This document shows positions 29,801 to 39,537 of a stretch of 64,000 bases of DNA, one piece after another. This DNA is from a virus. Taxonomy: Duplodnaviria > Heunggongvirae > Uroviricota > Caudoviricetes. The DNA lies in the IMG/VR virus record IMGVR_UViG_3300020714_000006. One strand, given 5' to 3'. The translations under genes were made by a program, and so were the position numbers. How positions within the stretch are numbered: the stretch's first letter is position 1; every line of letters begins with the position of its first letter. The notes under the pieces were generated by a model. The model was not told the origin of the DNA. It searched no databases and was given only the letters and a program-made list of their open reading frames with translations.

Positions 29801-32800
29801 TTTGTTGTGCACTATCAAAATGTTCATCATCTAATCTATAGAAATCTGTAAATTGAGTAGCTATGTTAGTCCAATTTGGTAAAATCTTAGAAGTTGGTCG
29901 TGTCGATAATCTTGTCCATTGTGTTGTATCAAATGTTTCAGATCCAGTTATAAATGAATCAGCACTATAATAAAATGATTGATACTGAACTATATCACCT
30001 AATGTATAATCTTTCCATGCTACCCATTTAGTAATTTTAGCTTCATCAAATATAAACCCAGGAGTGTCAAAACCACCATACCAGCCGCTAGTTACATATG
30101 CAGATACTTTAATTCTATCTTGTTTATAACCACTTGTTGGATCATAAATTAAATCGTTAAACATCGTGGTATTATTGATTATTACTACTTGTTCTTTTTG
30201 CACAATGTAGAAACTTGCATTATATATTCCATCATCATTAGCTGGTCTATAAGTAACTAAATTTTTGTTTCTTGATGAATTTAAGAATTGTGCTGGGATA
30301 GGATATCCATCTACTCTAAACATCTCATAGTCATTAAATTTATTAGTAATATTATCAACAACATTCAATGATGCAGAAAACGTAATAGCCGCAGCTGCAG
30401 GACTAAGTGAAATTACAGAACTTCCTATATTACTTAACCCATCTAGTTTTTCATAAAATTCATTGTGAAAAACTGATGATTCTTCTACATTTCGTATTGC
30501 TCTATAATAATTATCTTCATATTTTACTATACTATTATAAGTAATTAATGTATTTGGTAGCCAATCTGTCCAAATATCTTGTCCAGCAGACCAGTTTTGG
30601 GTTGTCCAAAACATAAATTCTTTTGCACTAGTTTCCCAATTTGAAACTTGATTTAAATTTGTATTAAACTCATCAAAAATAAAACCTTGATCTTTTAACC
30701 ACTCTCCATAACTAATTAAAAAATCAACAACATCTTGTATTGTTTCAAATGTTGTATTATATGGAATTGTTATTGGATTAGTTTTATCCCATGCTTTTCT
30801 TAAGAACGCAGTTCGTCCACCAATAATGGGTAACGATGACAATTTTTGATAATTTGATTCAGAAAATGATAATTCAGAATTAATTGAACTGGTTGCCCTA
30901 AAATAATCATTTCCAAATTTTACTAATTGTCCTTTATTATATGATTTTCCGCTAGTCCATATTACAAAATTTTCAGATATACCACCAATATTTATTGAAC
31001 GTCCAGATTGACTCCAAGGGTAATAAACAAAATATGGCTGTGTTTTACTATATCCTTTTACAGAATATCCATTATAAAGTTTTGTTATAATAACACCACT
31101 ATATGTAATTTTCTTAGTAGGAGAAGATGTGTTTAAAATAATTGAATAATCATCTTGTGGAACAAAAACATTTCCAGTAGTTAACGGTGATTTTGAATCT
31201 AATATTAAATTAAATTGAGTTTTACTTGTAAATCCACCAATTCTATATCCAAGTTTATAAGAAATATTTGATAAGTCATAAGCATATTGTGAATATGTTG
31301 TTAGATCACCACTTATAATATAATTTATAACATAATTAATAACACCAGCAGTTTGTACTCGTTTAGAACTTGCATATATGCTTGGTAATATTACATCACT
31401 TGGTGAAATATGTAATCCAGTGTTATTATATACTAATTGTCCAGTTAAATTCTTAGAAATCCTAGATCTATCTAGAATAATACCCAATGTTTTAGATGGT
31501 GTTAGTAAAATTGATGTTAAAATAACACTAAATGGATAATGAGAACTTCTTCTCCACGCGCTTTCAACCGGACCAACATCTCCAAAAATATAATTACTTT
31601 TAACAGCATCAGTAACAATACCTTGCGATAATCCAGAATCAATTGGATTTATTAAATTACCATGTTCATCTACTGGAATATGATCCATCAAAAATGGTTT
31701 AATATATTGTTTTAATAATGTTGGTGCGCCAGGTGCATTTAATATTCCATTACTAATATCTTCCCACATTATTAAATTATCAGATGTATACGGAGCTGGT
31801 CCATATACGGTATCCCACCATGTTGGTTTATCAGTTATTCCTAAAATTTCCCAAGGACAAATATGTGGGCGTTCTGTATCTAATATCCATTTATATATTC
31901 CTCTCCAATATCCTGGAATTAATCTACCATCAGGCGCAGAATGACCAGTAAAATTAAATGTAAATGGATTTGTTGAATCATATTGTATTGGATTAGTAAA
32001 ATCAACGTCAACTAATGCTGACCATTTATAAAATGATGGTGCCAATACTTGATTGAATTCAGCTAAGCTATAATTTAAAGTTTCTGTATATCTTGGGACA
32101 ATATCATCGATATTAAAGATACTTTTATCATAACTTATTTTTATATTATTGTATATTCTTTTTTCTAATTCTAATATTAATGCATCTCTATAATCAGGAG
32201 TTCCATTATCGTCATATGTTCCATATGCTAATACTTGACTGCCATCATGTCCCTGAATAATCCATTGTGGAGTGACAAATGATGTATCTTTATATATTTT
32301 TGGATCACTGATTGGCCAAATTCCAAGTTTTGACGGTGTTTCAGGAATACAACAGCCATCAGTGTTTTCATATTCATATATGGCTACTTCATCACCATTT
32401 ACCAAAGGTATAGTAATTACTATAAATCCTTGTATATTAAAAATATATTCATGATTAACAATTAGTTGAACATCGTTTACATATACCCCAACTGCTTGAT
32501 TTGATAAAACAGTTGTATCAAATGGTGTGTTTAATGCAAATTGGTTACTTGTAAACCCAGCAATTATATGTGTTGTTTTAATACTAGCACCAAACGGCGC
32601 CATATCACTAAAATAATATGGTGCGGTATTTGGTATATTTTTAGTAATATTTTGTAATATTAAATCTACGTGATTTTTAGTATCAGTATCTACACCAAGT
32701 GTTTCAGCAACTGAAATAAAATTTCTTTTAAACTTATTATAATCATCTCTGCTTTGTTCTATAGCTTTTGTAATATTTACAGTATCAGAAGTAAGATGAT

Positions 32801-35399
32801 ATAATGATATTCCAGATGGTCCACTATGTTTAACAAATTTTGTACCAAATGGTGAAATGTCACCCAAATCACGCAGATTACTTAATCCTGGAAAAACTCC
32901 AACAAATATAGATGATAAATTATCAACTATTGAATCAACATGATTAATTACTTCACCTAATGTAAAATTTTTAATAATTCCATTTAATGGATTATTTTGT
33001 AAATTATTTGGAATTTCATAATATCCATTTTTGTTTATTGGCTGAGATGAAAATGTTTTTATTGTTAATATGTCATTTAATTGAATATCAGATAAAAAAT
33101 ATAACGGAACCTGCACAATTTCTGTTGATAATAAAATATCAGCACCAGTTAATGATTTAGATACAGTAAATTCAGTTATACTAGGTATGGAAGATACATA
33201 ATAAATAGTATCAGATATTAAATTACCAAAATCTGAACCAAAAACAATCTTTTGTCCAATAGTAAGTTTAGTAGTATCGCTAATTGTTATTAAATTAGTA
33301 GCAGAATCAGTTGCAGTCACCGTTACATTAGTTGAAGAATTTATCAATACTAATTGTTTGTATAATGGGGTATTTACTAATAGCCAATTTGGTTTGTTTG
33401 TTGTAGTATACTGTTGTAATCTTTCACCATTTATATAAATGCGAACCACTAAATCAGATAAATTTGAAATATCATCAAAAATATCAATATTAAAATTGTT
33501 TGTAATTTTAGAATTTTTATATACTCTTATACCAGCTTGTACTGTAGTAATATTTGATTTTTTCCACCCATTTGTGTAAACATTATTATTAACATAATCT
33601 TTTAATACCAAATAGCCTTTACTGATATTCTTAGTAACAATTTGAGTTGTTTCTTTATAATCAAAAGTATCATTAACAAAATCAAAATTAAATATAATAT
33701 CACCAATGTTATTAATATTTCTATATGATAATGGAAATTTTAACTCAGTATCGACAGTGCCAGTTCCGACTTTATAAGAAAATATATAAGTTCCTTTAAA
33801 ACTAGATCCATTGTAAACCGATACGTCGCTAATACTTACTAAATTATCATCAACTACGTCAAATAACGGGGCATTGTTAATACCATTTTTTTGTTGTGCA
33901 GTAACCCATGTAATGCCATTATACCATAAATATTTTGACATATTATTGGCGCCATCTTTTACATATATTACTTGATTTATTTCTGGGGTTGTTACTAATT
34001 CAAGATGTATTTTAGAATTAATGTATACTATTCTATAAATATTATTTCTTACTAATTCATCTAATTCATTTGTAAAAATAACAAGTTGTCCATCACTTAC
34101 TAATTGATTATCAATATAGAAACCAGCCGATCCCTCAGCGGTTGAAAAAGCATCAGTAGTGTAAACATCTAACAAATTAATATCCATTAACCAATTTGTA
34201 CCAAAATTAAACAATTTTAAGTTTGCTGAAAATTCAATAATTGGTCTAATAGCTCGGTGTGCTTGGTCTAAACTAGATGATGTATTGTTTATCTGATCAC
34301 TTATATTTAAGATATCAGTATGAACCCATCTATTTGCTCTACTCCATGGGTTCTTATCATCACTAGCTTTATTAATCAATATATACTCATGTAAATTTGA
34401 TGTGTTATTAATATAAGTAGATGGGATTAATTGTATTGATGAGCCAACTCCTTCTACATAATAATTTCCAGTGCTATAACTTGCTGGTGTAACATTTCCA
34501 GTAAATGCTACTAACATTCCATTACTTAAGTTATATCCATTTGTTAATTTATAAGTAGATTTTCCTAAAATTTCTTGTTCTATATCAATTATAGTATTTT
34601 GTGAAATCGCTTTTATATTAAAAATACCACCAGCATTTAAGTCAATTTCACTCTGATAAAATAAAGTACTAGGTGCATCATTTCCTACGGTAAATGTTAT
34701 AGTACCATCTTGCACAGCATATCCAGAAATACCACTTAAATATCTATCAGCAGAACCTATTGATCGATTGGTTTTTATACTAAATGGTTGACTAGGACTA
34801 TTAATTTTAAATATATATGTTTGTCCTTTATATAATGTGATTTCAGGATTTTCACTTATACCATTTGGTGTGAATACATATTCTGTGGTATTACCAATAG
34901 TTTTAGTATTAACACTAAATGTACTAATCACCCCAGTTTGTTCACCACCAATATTAATTACAGATGGTGTTAACCAATAATAATTTTGAAAATTTACAAA
35001 TTTATCCCAGTTAATTTGTGGATCCCAGCTATAAAACTCTTCTGAATTTAATCGTTGATGATCTGAAACATTCCCACCAAATAGTTCTATTCTATTAATA
35101 TAATCTTGATAATCTTTAAAATATGTATTATTACCTTCTTGATCATTAATGACAACTGATGGTTCTAATTGATAATTTTGTCTATCTGAATCAGCAGCTT
35201 TAACAAAAACATCACTACCAATAGTTGCTTTTGCGGTTTGTCTTCCTATATATCCATTTAATTTTGTTACAGTCCCTTGTTGAGACATTTGTTCAACGGT
35301 AGCTTGTAAAAACTTATTATTAGCATCAGTTCTGTATAATCTTGGTAAAAAAGTAGATGCTACATTATTAGTTGCATTTGGATCAACGCTATCTGTCAT
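20820..35399 (-). CDS. giant (4859 aa) baseplate wedge-like structural protein
   Basis: Uninterrupted 14.6-kb ORF coupled to the gp6-like gene; VKPYRTKVRE; FG-type propeller repeats; GxGY repeats. Confidence 0.75.
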   Translation of the reverse strand: MTDSVDPNATNNVASTFLPRLYRTDANNKFLQATVEQMSQQGTVTKLNGYIGRQTAKATIGSDVFVKAADSDRQNYQLEPSVVINDQEGNNTYFKDYQDYINRIELFGGNVSDHQRLNSEEFYSWDPQINWDKFVNFQNYYWLTPSVINIGGEQTGVISTFSVNTKTIGNTTEYVFTPNGISENPEITLYKGQTYIFKINSPSQPFSIKTNRSIGSADRYLSGISGYAVQDGTITFTVGNDAPSTLFYQSEIDLNAGGIFNIKAISQNTIIDIEQEILGKSTYKLTNGYNLSNGMLVAFTGNVTPASYSTGNYYVEGVGSSIQLIPSTYINNTSNLHEYILINKASDDKNPWSRANRWVHTDILNISDQINNTSSSLDQAHRAIRPIIEFSANLKLFNFGTNWLMDINLLDVYTTDAFSTAEGSAGFYIDNQLVSDGQLVIFTNELDELVRNNIYRIVYINSKIHLELVTTPEINQVIYVKDGANNMSKYLWYNGITWVTAQQKNGINNAPLFDVVDDNLVSISDVSVYNGSSFKGTYIFSYKVGTGTVDTELKFPLSYRNINNIGDIIFNFDFVNDTFDYKETTQIVTKNISKGYLVLKDYVNNNVYTNGWKKSNITTVQAGIRVYKNSKITNNFNIDIFDDISNLSDLVVRIYINGERLQQYTTTNKPNWLLVNTPLYKQLVLINSSTNVTVTATDSATNLITISDTTKLTIGQKIVFGSDFGNLISDTIYYVSSIPSITEFTVSKSLTGADILLSTEIVQVPLYFLSDIQLNDILTIKTFSSQPINKNGYYEIPNNLQNNPLNGIIKNFTLGEVINHVDSIVDNLSSIFVGVFPGLSNLRDLGDISPFGTKFVKHSGPSGISLYHLTSDTVNITKAIEQSRDDYNKFKRNFISVAETLGVDTDTKNHVDLILQNITKNIPNTAPYYFSDMAPFGASIKTTHIIAGFTSNQFALNTPFDTTVLSNQAVGVYVNDVQLIVNHEYIFNIQGFIVITIPLVNGDEVAIYEYENTDGCCIPETPSKLGIWPISDPKIYKDTSFVTPQWIIQGHDGSQVLAYGTYDDNGTPDYRDALILELEKRIYNNIKISYDKSIFNIDDIVPRYTETLNYSLAEFNQVLAPSFYKWSALVDVDFTNPIQYDSTNPFTFNFTGHSAPDGRLIPGYWRGIYKWILDTERPHICPWEILGITDKPTWWDTVYGPAPYTSDNLIMWEDISNGILNAPGAPTLLKQYIKPFLMDHIPVDEHGNLINPIDSGLSQGIVTDAVKSNYIFGDVGPVESAWRRSSHYPFSVILTSILLTPSKTLGIILDRSRISKNLTGQLVYNNTGLHISPSDVILPSIYASSKRVQTAGVINYVINYIISGDLTTYSQYAYDLSNISYKLGYRIGGFTSKTQFNLILDSKSPLTTGNVFVPQDDYSIILNTSSPTKKITYSGVIITKLYNGYSVKGYSKTQPYFVYYPWSQSGRSINIGGISENFVIWTSGKSYNKGQLVKFGNDYFRATSSINSELSFSESNYQKLSSLPIIGGRTAFLRKAWDKTNPITIPYNTTFETIQDVVDFLISYGEWLKDQGFIFDEFNTNLNQVSNWETSAKEFMFWTTQNWSAGQDIWTDWLPNTLITYNSIVKYEDNYYRAIRNVEESSVFHNEFYEKLDGLSNIGSSVISLSPAAAAITFSASLNVVDNITNKFNDYEMFRVDGYPIPAQFLNSSRNKNLVTYRPANDDGIYNASFYIVQKEQVVIINNTTMFNDLIYDPTSGYKQDRIKVSAYVTSGWYGGFDTPGFIFDEAKITKWVAWKDYTLGDIVQYQSFYYSADSFITGSETFDTTQWTRLSTRPTSKILPNWTNIATQFTDFYRLDDEHFDSAQQTMAQHLIGYQKRQYLNNIIQDDVSEFKFYQGMIAEKGTQNVFNKLFGVLTLDNKESLTFYEEWAVRVGQYGASSAFAEVEFVLPEEKFKNNPQVIELVDKKTQNTGYSIQQIPSDIYVKPAEYESNLFPIVSSSKKFLRPGGYVRSNQVSLTLKYISEILTQDITQFTEGDYVWCTFENTEWNIYRYTATNFAVTNATYDSNQLTIDVTGNTSIASGDYIGISNVTKFSGFYKVISYANNILIVSAPGITVASPFTEQNTIRIYHLTSQRATTIDDANSILHYPLKSNELLWTDDNGFGKWATWEYNSVYSGRLLPNPYPTSQVNYGRAIASDSTGSNVVISTALGGIYVYTTYKTSLLSLHQVLTNPFISLDDQNPLSAFGTVVSISNDGTWIAVGSPESSNVCTELSNISVTFDNSMIPVNNTSVTFDNNLAFITAGSFIVGKTYTITLLGTTDFTAIGATSNVVGQIFIATGAGTGDGAAVDTSPVTAGVFIVGATYTIISLGSAPSTDFTLIGASKNAIGIVFVATGIGSGNGTAVRNSIKNTSELVYTSISGTNSSLINQGVVSLYKMDKTKSYYHVVTFVSPQPDMNEYFGSSLEFGQNCLYIGASGGNNNTGKVYKINYEMTVHASSYYEPYNSTGTTLNLVSAPGIDVFAMYVIGNGFTSNQQVVQLIPNNISNIPTLILSSNPDTQPSGLLQFVTYNWHYNLTSSLTGINSGDNFGANIKVSNNETLIISSVGAVSVYNSGTLIQTITGQTNSFGNSIAISTFGDYIAVSDSLYSGITYSHQGSVQVYKQTASSYALYQQIDNLYPSINSEFGTNIEFMDNYDTLVIHSKYENSVSSMIDVYDIYNTKWIYSERLPLLIDTAGTFITGNSYTIMTVGTTDFTLIGASSNAVGITFIASSSATSLNILANGEGYVNGQYDNIQLTYLSGTTATIYPIVNITVTNNLVSTITFVSNGYGFVDNTTILTAQLGMVGAGFEVNIGIPSMVGSGTGTAVINIENDSNKLGFCISLNKILIGTPYEYDINSPRSGLIFEYIKASDAYSWTQKHQEIDKPDINKIKQTFLYNKQKNELISYLDVIDPLQGKIAGIAEQELSYKTFYDPAIYSIGDSSVNVDESIAWTTNQVGKLWWDVRTAKFIESYDSDITYRSSTWNTLVHGASIDIYEWVETNLLPSVWDTQADTDAGLSLNISGKSLYGDTCYCIKKYYDNVSKTIKNTYYFWVKNKAIVPNIPGRYTSAQNISSLITSPVKNAYKYIAITSQNTFEVANVGQVLSNNDVILSIQYWLIDKTDQNIHAQWKIISNDQSTILPNTIEQKWFDSLCGSDNFGNLVPDTSLPLKLKYGVENRPRQSMFVNRFEAIKELVEQANTILLQNQIASTRNLEGISQYDQAPSLTSGLYDIVINTDAELQFNSASSYKVPVLSAVIIDGKISSVTILSTGFGYVISPVIKVIGTGVDAVLKAILNTKGQIVDVKVINGGNGYDYTTKLQTRNFAALVLSDSQSNDTWSIYSFNLETNSWSRILSKSYDASEFWYYVDWYEIGYNQFTAIDYSVSIFADLQGISTNVNDTIKVRLGNNGEWILLKRYSLIDSLDWTKTYKVVGIQNGTIQLNSKLYDSPQYDGTLYDSIGYDNNSSTELRIILNAFKTDIFINELKTDYLNLFFNSVRYAHNEQKYIDWIFKSSFVKAKHNVGTLNQPVTFKNDNLVDFENYVAEVKPYRTKVREYISSYTNIESGNILSTDFDLPPIYAQGGTNVIEAYLVDNKIVVYNTEVQQYPWKSWYDNAGFSIKSIKIINGGYGYITAPKITVVPDNGAVLNAQIDFLGRVTSIEIVSGGKGFLSTPTLIIEQPPFGQGVTACVYIGNSLVRTNRINLKFDRITHNYYINKLQEVESFTAIANQTTFELLWSPDIKIGYSSVTVNNLPITPDSYSLSIETLKYNEYNGIIYDKYYGTLTLHDAVQANDIVSITYVKDASILNAADRINFYYNPSTNNLGKDLTQLMTGIDYGGVLIDGLSFAINHGWDSLPYLSDRWDSYDPTFTDNKIVVEVSGTHTFKLSYIPTVGTIINVYMNGVRIDDLHFDTIDQLNTHAVMTSPIIGLISSTEVTINIDRSININVPSNLQVNANDVFIFRESTSDGSIKTFSDDYDTAYDGGDLAYISATGYAPGDVVIDGDGFVTPMTSYAPEEVVPGQIVDALEIKVFEQNAIVSGNVKVDKYVADGVTTDFNIRQRLNSNQAAIVTLETFINNGTSITSTTVIQTLDVDYSVDYTNNTIVFTTPPVIGGVIAIFSIGVNSTNTLDIGYIIADGFTTEYTTRTMWDASYLVDVFVNGYAVEYTSYQTSAEILGLRFATPPDVNAVISYIVVDSLIRTFTITTTEQILIPSGGLPANTLVNLNSIVGTANNNENNMIVVVDNTILVPTQYTYYPSTGGSPSISFTIEIADSSNVTVTSSYNNSILQVERSQLNVPQIIHTIDTPQYYNDLTVYSGTIMLPKKVLNENYIWVIKNGILLTPDVDFILTMDRDSITLLIPPIKTDIFDVITFNSNTTSNLAFMQFKDMLNRMHYKDIDTSKQTTLAEDLKWNDISIIVQENNVFDMPNPSKNIPGVIEIGSERIEYFEIVGNKLTQLRRATLGTGAAPLYNKGTTVQNIGPSSNISYNDKTISQNVIVTQSMITNNNTIDIDVIPTRTHVPVGLFVIGNEYTIKTIGTTSNTHWNIIGGTTDVTYDVGVRFIAASTGIDTLTQLAYGTGDAYLNWTYDIGTIVTVGSFIVGDTYTIKKLGNTTNASWNQIGGTTGVTYSPGTTFVAATIGYNLGNGEAYIADSVFNTVIPADYGQCDDIEVFIGGYDISTWTPSVIYAVGDIVIFGSYTYKCTQSHISGTTFNDVVTTVTINNDNTTNTIESNVDSGMVWSFFISNIRLKKQPYKAFNVNKSPYSPKGDTQFDADFSVNGIAKQIRLTNPVPVGTRITIVKQYGSVWNNKYAIL

Positions 35400-38300
35400 T
35401 ATAAACTCCCGTATGGTGAACTAGTTATAGATTGGTTAGAATTAGTAGAAATGGTTGATGTACCACTTACTGATTTAATGTTAGTTGTAGTAATGCCTGA
35501 TATAATCTCAATATCATTTACAGTGGCACCACTTATAAATAATTGGTCACTATTTGCAGTTATTTCAAATAAACTACCAAAATTTAATCCTGATTGTGTA
35601 GGAACTATTACAAAGCTAACAATATCAGGAGCTAAACTATTGATTACATATGTTGATAGTTCCGTAAAATAAAAATAATCGCCAAAATTCCAATTATCAA
35701 TTGCAAAGAACTGATTAATTGCTGTAATAACACGTGATTTAATATCATTATCAGAAACAACCTGTTCTGGATTTTTAATTACTTTAAAAGTTGCTTGTAA
35801 TTCTGGTATTGCTGTACTACCAAATAAAACCGTATATGAAACTGGGTGATATATAATTTCATCAGATATAGATTTTATTAAATTTAAATTTGGTGAAAGA
35901 GTATTGTATAATTCGTTTGAACTAGGTGGTAATGGTTTTGTAGAAATAGACCCATTTAACCATTGTCTAAAAACAATATCATATTCATTCATTAATACAT
36001 AAACATCAATAATATTACTGGTACCTGGATCAATACGTGAATCATAGTCTGCAGAATGTGTATATTGGAACTTTAAGTTATCTCTACCAATATAAACCTT
36101 ATAATCGAGTGTGGCAGTTAATGTACCAGTTGCATTTAACTGTTTAACAATTCCAGTGTCAATAAAATAAAAATATTGACCAACAGTATAAATTGAAGTA
36201 TTTCCAATCATTGTTTGTGATGCTAAAATTATCACAATATTTGAAGTGTTATCAACATATCTGTAATCATCCTGCCCTGCAGAAATTGAGTATTTCTGTT
36301 CTACAATATATTTGGTTAATGTATTAATATTTGGAGCAACTACTCTATCAAACAATTCTGGATCATCGACTATACCATTATTGTCACTATCTAAAAATGA
36401 AACAACAACTTTTTTAGTATCAATATATCCATCAGATCCAATATATTCTGAAGAAATTTGCCAAATAATATCGTTAGTAAATGTAGAAACGCCAGGAATT
36501 GTAAATGAAATTAAACTAGATATAATATTATATGTTACCGATTTATTTAAAGTTAATGTTACTATCCCATTCGAGGATACGCTTAAATCAGTAACTAATG
36601 TATTTGTGTTAATACCAGTGCCTTCAACAAGCATACCAGAAAATATTCCAATACCACTTGTTATAGTTATACTATAACTACCAGCATTACCAGTTGCAAT
36701 AGTAGATATAACAGATGGATTTGAATTAATATTTAATATTTTAATTAAATCATTTACTACACGGTTAGATTGGCTATCATATATTTTAGTAGTACCATCA
36801 TAATAAAATCTTAATTGCTTATCACTTTCAAATATATATTTTGTTTCACGACTTGTTACAATATATGACCCATTATTAGGAGTAAATAATAGTAACCAAC
36901 TAGCATCAATATTTTTATTTGAATTGTCACCTTGATATCCTATACCAAATGGATCAATAGTATTTAAATTAGAATTTTTTATAATTTCCCATGAACTAGA
37001 TTTAACAGAATATGTTAACCCAAATAGTTCATTTGCATATATCAATCCAATCATTGTTGAAATTGTTGTTGTACTAACAAGCGTGTTTACAAATTTTGGA
37101 ATTATTTTACTAATAGATACAGGATGTTCAACAGTTACTGAACTATTATTAATTACCTCTGTTGTTGTAAACGAACTTGGTATAATTTTATTTAAAGTAT
37201 ACGTGCCATTATTTACGTTAACAACTTCAGCCCATACATAATATGAAGAACCAGTACTAGTGGCATTTCCAAAAACCAATTTATTTTGTAAATTTGTATC
37301 AAAATAATAACCAAGTGGTGCTGAAAATTTAAGTAACGTTCCAATTGTAATATATTGTAAGTCTGGTGAGGTTAATGATGAAACTGTAATTGTTCCTGCA
37401 GAAGTTGTTACATCTGTTGATACTTGATTCCAAGATGCATCAAACCCATCACTCGCGGTATCTTTTATAAAATTTAAATAATAAAAATTTCTTAAATCAG
37501 TATGTTTAAGTATATCAAATATTGTATTATAGATGACTCTTGTAATATCATCTTTTGTAATATAAGAAAAATTAACGGTTGGTGTATAGTTTTCTGTATA
37601 AATTACACCATCATCTGCAAATAAATTAGTAGAACTATATTTACTAGTTGGATCTACTAAATCAAAATATCTGCTAATGCCACTTGATGTTCTATTAACA
37701 GACAACACTTTTAATACTTGTTGGTTTGCACTTAGTGGACTTATATTATAATCTTCACCTGTTATCATACGATTTTGCGTATAATATACTTGTGGTGCAT
37801 TTGTTTTGATACTAGTATTTGATTCAGATGGCGAAGAATTAGATACAGATGTTGTCAATGCCAATGTTACAGTTAATGTATGCAATTGTCCAAGTGCAGA
37901 AATATATGGAATATCTACTGATACATTTCTAATATCTTGTGTATTAATAACGTATGATAATCCATTACTTATTCTATAATATACTCTAAAAGAACCTTGT
38001 GGCAAATTACCAAAGGTACCATCACCAAATGTTAAACTTACTTCATCACCAGCTTTTGTAATAGCACCATATATTGAATTTACATTATTATTAATGCTAT
38101 TGTATATTACATTATTACCGTTTAAATTAGGAACCTGTGTCCATAATGTTTGTTCAACACCAGACATATCTAATTGATATAACCATACATCATTATTATT
38201 AATATTTGGTGTATTAATATCAATAGATTCATTTGAACTTGGTTGATTAATAGTAAAAGTGCCGGTGTTTAGAGATCCTTGTGTAAAATTAAAGAAAAAC

Positions 38301-39058
38301 CCAGAACTTAGACTTCCAGCACCTTGTCCATCATCACGATATATACAAGCTACACTATTGCCAACACTCGGTGGTTCTTCGTATATAAAAGATTCACCTT
38401 TAAATGTAGCACTAGTAATTTCAAAATTCATTGAAGTACCAGATACAACTTTATTAAATGAATATACAGGAACATCAGTATTTGCTGCCTGAAATCTATA
38501 CTGTGATGTAGGAATACCATAAATGGTAGCATTATCAGCTGCATTACCAAATTGTTGGGTTGATGGCATTGCTGCATTCATGATTCTTATGAATTGATCA
38601 TACCAATTTTGATTTGATACATCATTCCAAGTGATTACTTGATTCGCTAAATTTCTACCATTACTATCTATTACAGATTCAGTTGTTTGCACAGATGTAA
38701 ATTTTAATAGGCCACTTGCTGGTATGTTTCGTTTAGCATTATAACTAATTACTCTAGATAATCTTAAAATACTATCTCGTCTTTCAGCTAATTCTAAGAA
38801 GTTTTCACGAGCATTTAAATCTACTCTGAACGCAATGTTCTGTCCTAGAAATGCAATGAGATCAATCAATGCCAAATATTCAGAACTTTCAATGTAATCA
38901 TTGAAATCCTCTGGATAGTTTTGTCGTAAATAATTAACCATTGTACGTCGAAGATTTTCGAAATCGTAACTTTGGAAATCAGCATTACGGAATGACTGAT
39001 ATATTTTTGTCCAGTTTTCAGCGACTAAAAGTCTATTTTCTCTATCGGTTGCGCTCAT
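35399..39058 (-). CDS. gp6: baseplate wedge subunit, T4 gp6-like
   Basis: DFENLR, ENFLELAERRDSILRL..ISYN, LTFGDGTFG, QNRMITGEDY. Confidence 0.85.
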   Translation of the reverse strand: MSATDRENRLLVAENWTKIYQSFRNADFQSYDFENLRRTMVNYLRQNYPEDFNDYIESSEYLALIDLIAFLGQNIAFRVDLNARENFLELAERRDSILRLSRVISYNAKRNIPASGLLKFTSVQTTESVIDSNGRNLANQVITWNDVSNQNWYDQFIRIMNAAMPSTQQFGNAADNATIYGIPTSQYRFQAANTDVPVYSFNKVVSGTSMNFEITSATFKGESFIYEEPPSVGNSVACIYRDDGQGAGSLSSGFFFNFTQGSLNTGTFTINQPSSNESIDINTPNINNNDVWLYQLDMSGVEQTLWTQVPNLNGNNVIYNSINNNVNSIYGAITKAGDEVSLTFGDGTFGNLPQGSFRVYYRISNGLSYVINTQDIRNVSVDIPYISALGQLHTLTVTLALTTSVSNSSPSESNTSIKTNAPQVYYTQNRMITGEDYNISPLSANQQVLKVLSVNRTSSGISRYFDLVDPTSKYSSTNLFADDGVIYTENYTPTVNFSYITKDDITRVIYNTIFDILKHTDLRNFYYLNFIKDTASDGFDASWNQVSTDVTTSAGTITVSSLTSPDLQYITIGTLLKFSAPLGYYFDTNLQNKLVFGNATSTGSSYYVWAEVVNVNNGTYTLNKIIPSSFTTTEVINNSSVTVEHPVSISKIIPKFVNTLVSTTTISTMIGLIYANELFGLTYSVKSSSWEIIKNSNLNTIDPFGIGYQGDNSNKNIDASWLLLFTPNNGSYIVTSRETKYIFESDKQLRFYYDGTTKIYDSQSNRVVNDLIKILNINSNPSVISTIATGNAGSYSITITSGIGIFSGMLVEGTGINTNTLVTDLSVSSNGIVTLTLNKSVTYNIISSLISFTIPGVSTFTNDIIWQISSEYIGSDGYIDTKKVVVSFLDSDNNGIVDDPELFDRVVAPNINTLTKYIVEQKYSISAGQDDYRYVDNTSNIVIILASQTMIGNTSIYTVGQYFYFIDTGIVKQLNATGTLTATLDYKVYIGRDNLKFQYTHSADYDSRIDPGTSNIIDVYVLMNEYDIVFRQWLNGSISTKPLPPSSNELYNTLSPNLNLIKSISDEIIYHPVSYTVLFGSTAIPELQATFKVIKNPEQVVSDNDIKSRVITAINQFFAIDNWNFGDYFYFTELSTYVINSLAPDIVSFVIVPTQSGLNFGSLFEITANSDQLFISGATVNDIEIISGITTTNIKSVSGTSTISTNSNQSITSSPYGSL

Positions 39059-39105
39059 GATATATCCTAATATCTATATTTATAGATTTTGATAAACTAC
39101 GTATA

Positions 39106-39534
39106 TTATTGTGCTAATAGACCATTACTTTGGTCAAACTTCAATGTTAGCTGTTCAGAAATGTTGTATGGAAGGTACGTTAATACACATTCTATTTGCA
39201 ATCCACTATCATATTGTGTTACTATGACATTTTGGGCAGTTATGCGTGGATCATAATTTACAATTTCATTAACATTCTGTAATATAAGATCTTTTGTCTG
39301 TTCAGTCAATGGTTCAAATAACATATCCCATATTATAGTACCAAATGTTGGATTCATTAATCGTTCACCTTGTCGAATATAAAAGTGATTTAACAAATCT
39401 TGCTTAATCAATGCAAAATCATATAATTTAAAATTTTCGGTATCTGCACTAACAGTACTAAAACCTTTATACATTTGTGATGTAATTGGTTGTGCTTTTC
39501 CTATTATTGAAGTTTTTGTATAGATTGTAGACAT
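39106..39534 (-). CDS. gp25: baseplate wedge subunit gp25-like
   Basis: LIKQDLLN...GERLMNPTFG...LFEP...YDPR. Confidence 0.9.
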   Translation of the reverse strand: MSTIYTKTSIIGKAQPITSQMYKGFSTVSADTENFKLYDFALIKQDLLNHFYIRQGERLMNPTFGTIIWDMLFEPLTEQTKDLILQNVNEIVNYDPRITAQNVIVTQYDSGLQIECVLTYLPYNISEQLTLKFDQSNGLLAQ

Positions 39535-39537
39535 ATG

